From Ginkgo biloba (taxonomy: Eukaryota; Plantae; Ginkgophyta): DNA of 23,448 nucleotides. The translations under genes and the position numbers were made by a program. Shown here piece by piece: positions 12,201 through 20,335 of the stretch (positions within the stretch are counted from its first letter, which is position 1; every line of letters starts with the position of its first letter). The stretch covers positions 135,227,119-135,250,566 of the forward strand of contig JANKJI020000002.1 in NCBI GenBank assembly GCA_024626585.2, written 5' to 3'. The notes under the pieces are model-generated. The model worked only from the letters and a program-made list of their open reading frames with translations, did not search any database and had not been told where the DNA came from.

Positions 12201-14052
12201 CGAAGATTCTCGATGGCAGGATTGTTTCTTTGTTGCTTTTTTAATTTTAAGGCGAATAGCTCAAACTATAATTGCTCAATTTCAAAGTCTTGAGTTAGAG
12301 TCATATAACTAGTATTATAACATGAGTTGGTGTTGATTAACCTATTTTTGAATTGGATAGCTAGATCACGTACTTGTTCGTAATTTTGCATAGGATGTAA
12401 CTGAATTGAATTTTGTACACGGAGAAGCAATCCTCGTACAAATATTTTTAATAAATGTGGTTGTGATAGTGTATCTTCTAGCTGAAATTTATTTAGTAGG
12501 ATTTGTATTCACCCATTATAATCTTTAATTGATCCACCATTCTATTGTTGAAGTTGTTCTAATGTTTGAAACTTTGTCAAAGGGTCTCTCAATTTTTGAA
12601 ATTGGTCTAAAAACAATGTTTGCAATTGATCCCAAGTTGGGTCGTCTAAAATCATGTATTCATACCATACAATGGCTGGGCCTCACAAGGTGCTGAAGAA
12701 ACGAGATTTGATTTCCCATTCGTTCGTAATGTTTTTAATTCCAGAATGTTTTTAAACAATGCTAAATGGTCAGATGGCTCTCTGATGCCATCATAATGTA
12801 AATTAGTAAAAGCATTGTCATTCTGTGCAATGATGTATGGTGGATTAGTGTTCGTATGATCTTCAGTATGAGCCATTGCAAATAAGGGGTTTTTCTATAT
12901 TGATAGGGGTCATCTTTTCTCTAGAATTTCCCTAAAAATGCTACCCAGTAGTACTTGTTGTTGAATCACAATGATCTAAATCTTCTGGTTCAAGTGGTTA
13001 TAGAGAGAAGTAGTCATAATTTATTGTACAGTTAGTGTTAAAAGTCGAGGGGTCTTCTTTTGCCCTTTCCTTAAGTGTCAAGTTGATTTCTTCTTTATCA
13101 TTTTCCTAGAGCGTTCAGGTACTTTCTTCTGTATGAAGATTAGTTTTCTTGTCCACTTTTTGTGGTGTTGGCATTTATAGTTCGGGTACCGTCCTCTACT
13201 TCTTCTCTGGTCCCTTGGCCATGCTACTACCTATCTTGGTGTTGGAATTCAGGCTTTCACACTTTGTGGATTTCTTCTGAGAATCCAGTTTCATGGTTGA
13301 ACCAAGTTTTGCTATTCTCGTTTCTTTCAACATTTTGTTTGCAAATCTACTGCAGGTTGCTCCTTAGGTGGCATGGCAAAGGCCCTTGGCTATCCTAAAG
13401 GTAATAAGAAAAAAGTTATAACCTTTGTTATAGCTAGGGTAAATGCAATAACATCCCAAACATATAGGTGTCTCTTAAGAGAATTAAGCCTAGATTTGTA
13501 TTATAAGTAACAAAACCAAATGATAGGGGTCAACATGTCGTTATAGACTAAACATGGTTTGCGCTAATAGGTTTCTAAGAGGATGGTACAATTTGTTTCT
13601 CTCACCAAAAAGGTTGTATGAGATTCCTAGAGCAATTTTCAGTACTATAAATAAAACTTATCACATATCATTATAGACATGAGAAATGAAAGACATAAAT
13701 ATGATTTTAGTAATTAGAGAGGAAGTCTTATATTCCATGATGATGATGTAGGACAACAAAGATGCCTGTCTGTGTCACTTGTCAAAGACGATCAACTCTT
13801 GTGACATTCGATGGTGGTTACACTATGCCAATTCCTTGTCTCTCGTCGATGATGATCACACTCACCAATGCTCAACTTTTTGTCAGCGGCACAACCATCG
13901 CCCATGGCTACTTTGGAACATGATGAAGATAGAGTTAAAATTAGACTCAATTAGAACATTTCCTATCTAATCCTTATCCTTGTCATGTTAGTGTGTATTG
14001 AGGGTTTGTGTCTCCTCCTAGGGTTTCTCCCCTTTATCTAGAGCTTTAAAAT
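9298..14052 (-). mobile_element. Ty3/gypsy (non-chromovirus, Athila/Tat-like) LTR element: 5' LTR part, gag, protease, two accessory ORFs, putative PPT
   Basis: gag from ~12873 (YDGIREPSDHL..FFSTL.GPAIVWY..TWDQLQTLFLDQF..IFVRGL) with zinc knuckles at ~11780-11890. Protease TIVDEGSNVNVLPESIWIQLGEP..LGDQSMIRPLG (~11050-11240). Accessory ORFs at 10583-10891 and 9749-10558. Purine tract TAGAGGGGAA at 9361-9370. LTR-like segment ~13612-14052 with TATA-like TAGATAAAGG and AAACCCTA. Continuity across gaps is inferred. Confidence 0.8.
9749..10558 (-). pseudogene. Retroelement accessory ORF resembling the Athila-type 'putative plant transposon protein' (Transposase_32-like)
   Basis: ATG at 10558 is in frame with the 9749-10231 ORF across the 123-N gap. 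Motifs LEQVRLAQFLMMPALFYDQ...WIKHFFAAKL...IYHIKQGWHYN...FFYPAILGML and an acidic tail. Two premature stops. Confidence 0.55.
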
Positions 14053-14152
14053 NNNNNNNNNNNNNNNNNNNNNNNNNNNNNNNNNNNNNNNNNNNNNNNN
14101 NNNNNNNNNNNNNNNNNNNNNNNNNNNNNNNNNNNNNNNNNNNNNNNNNNNN

Positions 14153-14184
<32 letters not shown>
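14153..14184. repeat. (AG)n microsatellite
   Basis: 16 AG units visible next to a gap. Confidence 0.95.
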
Positions 14185-14186
<2 letters not shown>

Positions 14187-14964
14187 CATGATGAAAACTA
14201 CACTATGGCAATTACTTCCCAAGAATCCGTTACATACATGAATTCATTAAAGGGAAGGAATTAGTTACACACAATGATTCCAAATATAGGTTGTTATATT
14301 TCCAAGAATCGAAAATAATATCACATGGTTCCTATTCCAAATAGGAGTGACATTAAGACAATAATCTTGTATTCAAAATAGAAATATTGGGTGGATTAGA
14401 CCTCCCTTTTCTAGAGATGATGGCCCCCCTTATCCTCTCATGAAGATCTCATAAGATCATTGTACCGCTTTGAATACAAACTAATGATTACATCTTGTTA
14501 GTTGCTTAGTGTTAACTCCACTGTATTTAGCTGAACATAATAGCTCACAAGGTGTCCAAATGCAATCTCCTTTCAGGTAAGATTGACATCATAAAGGGAT
14601 AAAAGTCCCTAAGAAGAAGGATAAAGAGGACTGCAACCTTCCATTGGTTTTTCTCCCCCTTAAATCCATCTATGGGCTTATTGTCACACTACCTCGATGG
14701 GTCTTACATGTGCAAACTTGGACACATTCATATCTTCTACAATAGTTGGCAACATTGCCTAACTGTTGGACTACCTACAACTTGGCTAATGTCTACCACT
14801 AAAAAAGGGACTTTTTGCAGCTGATACCAAAGCTTCAAGCATTTATGATTAATACAACATTGCTCAGTTCCCAATAGCATTGAGATTCCTTACATTAAAA
14901 TCACCTCACAAAAGTTTTTCAGAGATGAAATCTTATAATAATTTTGACTCGGCCTATATTTTTA

Positions 14965-15076
14965 CAGAACTTCACCAAGTTATGTTGCCGATGCTGTTTA
15001 TATCCTACAATTTGCTTGCCCTGCAAACAACATTACTTTGTTGGGGCATTTTGTCCAACACTTGACATGCATCCTG
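14965..15076 (-). pseudogene. Single decayed PLS-class PPR motif fragment
   Basis: QDACQVLDKMPQQSNVV...(frameshift)IVGYKQHRQ, versus consensus DARQVFDKMPQRNVVSW.AMI.GYAQHG. Confidence 0.6.
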
Positions 15077-15574
15077 TTTTGCAATGTAATAGATGTCGGT
15101 TGTCACCATCCACAATAACCAAAGACAATTTTGCCTGTTTATAACCTAATTTAGGCAATATTGTTGCTACCAATAATGCACATATGTTAGTAAGTTTAAA
15201 GGAGAAAACAATGAAGGATGCACCACTGTTTGATTTTGTACCCTCTTTATGAGATCATAATGGGACAATCCATTGGCAGATCTTCTCAAACTTGCAAATT
15301 ACCTCTTTGTCATTCTTGCACTTAATTAGAATGGCCTTTACTGGTCCATGGTTTCCACCTCGAAAGAAGGCCAAAATAGGCTATCTCAACACAGAGTGGC
15401 TACCCTGCATCCATCCATATGACAACCCTCTAAACACTCTCCTTCTTCCAACTTAGCACATAGTAAAGACCCATAATCCTTATGTTCATACCTATTGCCA
15501 CTCTCCCAAAAAAGATATGACTAAAGGCTAAGAATCGTCCTTTGTCANNNNNNNNNNNNNNNNNNNNNNNNNNN

Positions 15575-16075
15575 GGAATCATCTTTGAAACACAAAAGTG
15601 ATAGTAGTGCATCATATATGGAAACACGCTCTAGTGGCATGACATTGCAAACTTTCCATCGCCTCAATCAACGTTACGCATCTTTTCACTTCTCCCTTCA
15701 CTAGCACCCTTTCACACTTCTCCAACGTCTTTGCCATGAAGCCCTCCATGCTCAATTTCTCTATAATTTAGAATGTTCGCATTAGTAGTGGCAATTCTTT
15801 GATGTTAAAAGGGACCCCTTTTGCGAAGCAATGAGGCAAGAATGCTCTCCTAGGCATTAGATCTCTAAAATTTGACAAAGGTAGATTCGAACCTTAGACC
15901 AATAGCTCATCTTTGAAGAACTCACTAGGCTCCACTCCGAATTTGGTTGTAGTGGAATTAGTGGTGTTTGAGAAGTTTGAGAATGTTGTTCCATCCTTCT
16001 GTACTCTTTGAATTTGTTGTTGGAGCCAAAAGTTTTGAAATTGATGCCTAGGCCATCAGAACCTTTTCCCTATTC
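15575..16075 (-). pseudogene. Polygalacturonase beta-subunit-like BURP-domain gene fragment
   Basis: FxxY-type repeats (E*GKGSDGLGINFKTFGSNNKFKEY), then VEPSEFFKDELLV*GSNLPLSNFRDLMPRRAFLPHCFAKGVPF...MAKTLEKCERVLVKGEVKRCVTLIEAM and SCH*SVFPYMMHYYH. These match PG-beta motifs EPGKFFRE/DKMPKRSFLPR/CE...GE.K.C/SCHQSLFPY. Confidence 0.88.
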
Positions 16076-16949
16076 TTGTGGGTTCATTTGCCAAGACAGA
16101 GAAAGTTTTGGGGATTTTCTTTTGGATTCTTCAAGGCTTTGAGGGTTGCTTCAAAGATCTTGATCGAACAAGAAAACCTACAATAACTTGCACCATAAGC
16201 TATTGAAAGGACAACTGATTCAAACAACGGGGACTATTATCAACCATTTGAATTGAACTATGAAATCAACTAAGGAAGGGGTGTGTTTAGCCTTGGGAGG
16301 CGTGCATGAATTAAACTCATCAAAATCTAGTGATTTAATATTGATGGGCCTAAAGTAGGATCACTTTCACTTGTTGAAGCCTCACTAGTGTTAATAGTCT
16401 GTCTTCTTGTCCCATATTTGAAACTGGGGTCAGAGATCATTTATGATAAAGCACAAGGCAGACGTGTGCTCATAAATCAACTATCAACTGATTCATGAAA
16501 ACTAAAATTTCATGTGCAAATATGAACAATAATAGAGTAATTTGGGATCAAAATCTATATGAATCACAACATGGATAGAAACACATGGACTCTTCAAAAA
16601 CAAAAATGATGAAATTTGAAAATGAAAAATGCCCATATGGAGATACAAGCCATGGCTACAAATCCCGACTATGTGTGAGGAACCAAAAAGGGTTCTCGGA
16701 GCTAAATGGTTCCTATTCCAAATAGGAGTGAAATAAAGACAATAATCCATGTATTAAAATAGATTTTTTGGGTGCATCACATAAACCAACTGAAAAGAAG
16801 TAATTCTTGTGGTTACCTTATAGGGAATGCAAAATGCCCATAGCATTGCNNNNNNNNNNNNNNNNNNNNNNNNNNNNNNNNNNNNNNNNNNNNNNNNNNN
16901 NNNNNNNNNNNNNNNNNNNNNNNNNNNNNNNNNNNNNNNNNNNNNNNNN

Positions 16950-17822
16950 AGTCAGTGCAAAGTTGTGTAAATAGTGTGGTTCGAAAGATCATGATGATAA
17001 TAATTGCCCAAAGCAAAAGGATAAAGTTGCTCATCTTGTGCAAACATAGTTGATTAAGAAGGAAGATTTGTATGTCGTACAAACCCGAAGCATGGCCAAG
17101 CAACAATACCCCAAGCCGATGATGGAAAAAAAAACATTTGTAGATTGGTAAGGAAATCATTCAAGACTTGCAAAAAAAGCAAGAATCAAAGACGCCACCA
17201 TCTTGAGATGTCTGTTATTAACCTCGGGAGGCGTGACCACGAAGGGCATGTGGCGTCCGAATCAAAAAGGACTTTGGCAAAATGAAGAATGCCAATAGTG
17301 TGGAGTCATTTCACACAAACTTGGTTAAACAAGCTTTGCAATTAAAAGTTCCCGTTGGATTGGGCACATTGATTGCAATTGTCCGAAAGATGGCAAGGGC
17401 ATTGGTCAAACACCCATGGGAAAGAGCATGGAGAGTGACCTTGACATTTGCATGGCCGACAATTGTAGTAGAATGTGTGATAACCAAAAGACCAATTGAG
17501 AATGATGTGGTTGTGGATAATCTCCTAGAAGCAGATTCCCTCTCAATTAGGGAATATCATGCAACCGAGATTAGGATAAAGGTGATGCATCGGGAGTTGA
17601 CAAAAACCATTGTGGATATTAGATCATGAGTGAATATCATCTCTGAAACTATATGGTGGCAACTTGATTGATCAACACTCTAGCCAATGACATTTTGATT
17701 AAGAATGGTAGACCAAAGGCAAGTGTAGTTGTGAGGATACCTGATGGGTCAAGTTATTCATATTTCAAGTCAAATTTTCAAGGTGGATTTTGTGGTCATT
17801 TTGATGTGCCATGGGGCACCCT
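16950..17822 (+). mobile_element. Ty3/gypsy (Athila/Tat-like) gag zinc knuckle and protease fragment
   Basis: LCK*CGSKDHDDNNCP, VQTRS, and protease TIVDIRS*VNIISETIWWQL...LRMVDQ...FKVDFVV. Confidence 0.85.
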
Positions 17823-17834
17823 CTTTGCTCGAAT

Positions 17835-18680
17835 CAATTAATGGGATTTTCTTATCAACTTTATTAGCATACAACTTCAACTTCTCAACTTATGAAAGTG
17901 TAGAAATTGGTCCTTAGGCAAGATGCAAATCTTGTATTGCCACAACAATTTTTCCCCAAAATGGTATCACACTTGCCAATCCTCATAATGCCCAAATCAA
18001 GATGGTCCTTATAGTCGTAAATAATGATGGGAAATACTGCAACAAATGCCTCCCAAGCCTAGGCCTCTTTCTCATCAACAAGCTCCACCTCATAGGCATA
18101 TGGAGCTTCTTGGGTTTTTCAGATTGGTCCGTTTTGCATATTCCTCAAAAACAAAGTTATGGTCCATGGCAATGAATCTTCTACAAATGAGCCGTGGCAA
18201 CATTGCTTGGCATCCCAAGAAGTGGAAGAATGCCACAAAAAAGGGTTATGTTATCAGTGTTGAGAAGCATAATCTGGATCAAAATCTTTTGTCCATGATT
18301 GGACNNNNNNNNNNNNNNNNNNNNNNNNNNNNNNNNNNNNNNNNNNNNNNNNNNNNNNNNNNNNNNNNNNNNNNNNNNNNNNNNNNNNNNNNNNNNNNNN
18401 NNNNTTTTGGACTCCTTTTCTTTGCAAAACACAACGACTACCTTCTGACCTTGTTGAGCATTTTGATTCTTCTTAAGACAATGACACAACCACCTAACAT
18501 GGTTGTTTCCACACTCATAGCACTTGATAGGTAGCTTCTTGGAACCATGGGGTTTGTCCCTAGTTGCCTTCTTACCCTTATCTTTTGAAGAATGCCTAGA
18601 GAAAAACTCTTTTGGTTGGAAGACTTCTTGCTAGAATTCAAGATGATCATTGTTGCTTCTTTTCTTACTTTTACCGAGTG
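17835..18680 (-). mobile_element. Second, inverted copy of the gypsy family at 1-1358 (gag end + protease), interrupted
   Basis: The reverse complement of 17835-18161 aligns by eye to ~495-805 (e.g. TTTGAGGAATATGCAAAA, TATGAGGTGGAG, GAAGTTGAAG.TGTATG). 18405-18680 aligns to ~100-375 (CYECGNNH). Confidence 0.85.
18165..18304 (+). mobile_element. Chromovirus-type gag C-terminal fragment nested in the preceding element
   Basis: QEVEECHKKGLCYQC*E resembles the E..ERR.KGLCY.C.E gag knuckle. Confidence 0.6.
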
Positions 18681-19129
18681 AATTGCTTCGTGATAGAGAA
18701 GGATGTTATTTACTATTTATTTAGCTTCTCTAGTAAGCCAGGCATACAATTTGGTGATAATGTCCTCTAAAGTGGCTAGACAATCTTCTTCATTCTTCAT
18801 GGATTATTTTTCTTGATACAACCAAATCCTCCCAGGTGAGGTAGATAAAATGAAAAATAAATTCAGTATCCCTCAAGGAATGTTCATATATAGGATAATT
18901 CATTTTGGTCTCATTAATTATTTTTAATAAATAAAAACACATAGAATGAAAATCTTCATCGCATATTACACCATAAGAAGATATATATATTTATCACACA
19001 TATTTGGATACTACATAATTTCTTTCCACCACTAGCCTTCAAAACCCTTGTTACAATTTAATACAAAATATATGTTCAACAAACATGTATTACAAGTTGT
19101 ATATTTTTATTTTGTTGGGCCTAATGAAA

Positions 19130-19952
19130 TATGCCTCCTTGACTTCATTCTTTTCTATGCTTTATAGAGTGAATTCTAATCAAGTTGATATAATTTTTGA
19201 GGTGCATTAAGAGATAAAAACATCAAGGTATCCAAAGTTTCTAAACCGAGTTTAGATCTATCATCATTTTTTATCTTGTTCAACTTGAAGAGTCATATTT
19301 CACAAACTATTGTACTTGTTGGAAGGACAATAACAACTAAACTTAATTGCATCAAATTAGAAAAAGAATCTATCCATTGTGCATCACCTCCACATTGCTC
19401 CCATGCCCCTAACATAGTTTTGAATTTTAAAAGATTTATAAGGAGACAATAAAATTTGCAATTTCACTCTCACACCTTTTACTAGAGATTACTCAGAATT
19501 TTTAGCATCAATTTTTTTGCACAATCATACCAACCATTCCTTTGCTTCAAAATGCCTCTCATCTTCTTCATCAAAGTAGTTACGAGGACTAAAGAACTTT
19601 GCACCATTAAATATTAGTAGATCCATAAATTTGTCATTTAAGCAATATATGACCCTTTGCATAAAAGCTCTACCTCAATTAATGCAATCTTCTAGAGTGC
19701 TAAATCCAAATGAGTTTGGTAAAGCCTCAAACTTTAAAACATATATATGTTCAATACCATTAACATCTTTGAAAGTTAGAGTATCTTCCTTTATTTTTTT
19801 CATGAAACTAACAATACGCTAGCTGCCTATGCCAAAGTTATCTTTTAAGAATCTCCTTCTAAGCAAATCAATGACATAATCTAACAAAGTGTCAATAGAA
19901 GTCATATCTATATGATCTTCTTGAAATTGTTGATCGGATTTGTTCAATTTAA
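19130..19952 (-). mobile_element. hAT transposase C-terminal remnant (dimerization domain, ZNF862-like)
   Basis: FSNLMQLSLVVIVLPTSTIVCEI*LFKLNKIKNDDRSKLGLETLDTLMFLSLNAP matches the hAT motif FPNL..L...LP.ST..CER.FS..N.IK...RS.L. Confidence 0.85.
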
Positions 19953-20052
19953 NNNNNNNNNNNNNNNNNNNNNNNNNNNNNNNNNNNNNNNNNNNNNNNN
20001 NNNNNNNNNNNNNNNNNNNNNNNNNNNNNNNNNNNNNNNNNNNNNNNNNNNN

Positions 20053-20335
20053 AGGACGGCAACAGAGTTTGTGAAGCGAGGAACTGACGTCCGTCTGTCA
20101 GGGAGACTGCACCGACGATCGACCAGTGTGTAGAGAAACTTCGTCGGTGGAGGTTGGATCACTGACCCGCACCTTGAAGCTTCGTCGGTGGAGGTTAAGA
20201 AATCAACGACCATTGGCCACCGACTTCGTCGGTACCGACCGCTGACGGGAAGATTTCCAGAAAGCAGAAAACAGACAGAAGTTTTGTAGAGTTAAAAAGA
20301 ATTCCTCGCCCCCGCTACATCTTTGGTTTCAGAGC
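20053..20335 (+). mobile_element. LTR 3' end plus tRNA-iMet primer-binding site
   Basis: ...CCCCGCTACA (ends 20319), TCTT, then TGGTTTCAGAGC (20324-20335; one mismatch to TGGTATCAGAGC). CpG-rich, with a 17-nt direct repeat at 20139-20155 and 20180-20196. Confidence 0.7.

Larger units (their letters stand above)
14185..16781 (-). mobile_element. Non-autonomous LTR-type element carrying host gene fragments
   Basis: Direct repeat of ~76 nt at 14325-14400 and 16706-16781, first 26 nt identical. On the - strand these start TGTGATGCACCC and TCTAATCCACCC, like LTR 5' ends. PPT AGAAAAGGGAGG sits immediately before the second copy (14401-14412). No gag/pol recognised inside. Confidence 0.65.

Noticed and set aside
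14820-14829. TGGTATCAG on the - strand as a Met PBS
   Set aside because: Not preceded by an LTR CA end, and it lies near the PPT end of the element rather than after the 5' LTR.
15430-15547. F-box-like reading (HIFFGRV...LSWKK)
   Set aside because: Resemblance too weak to support.
20139-20233. Repeat-spacer pattern (17-nt repeats) as CRISPR-like
   Set aside because: Only two full copies plus one partial, in a plant LTR context, with no cas genes.
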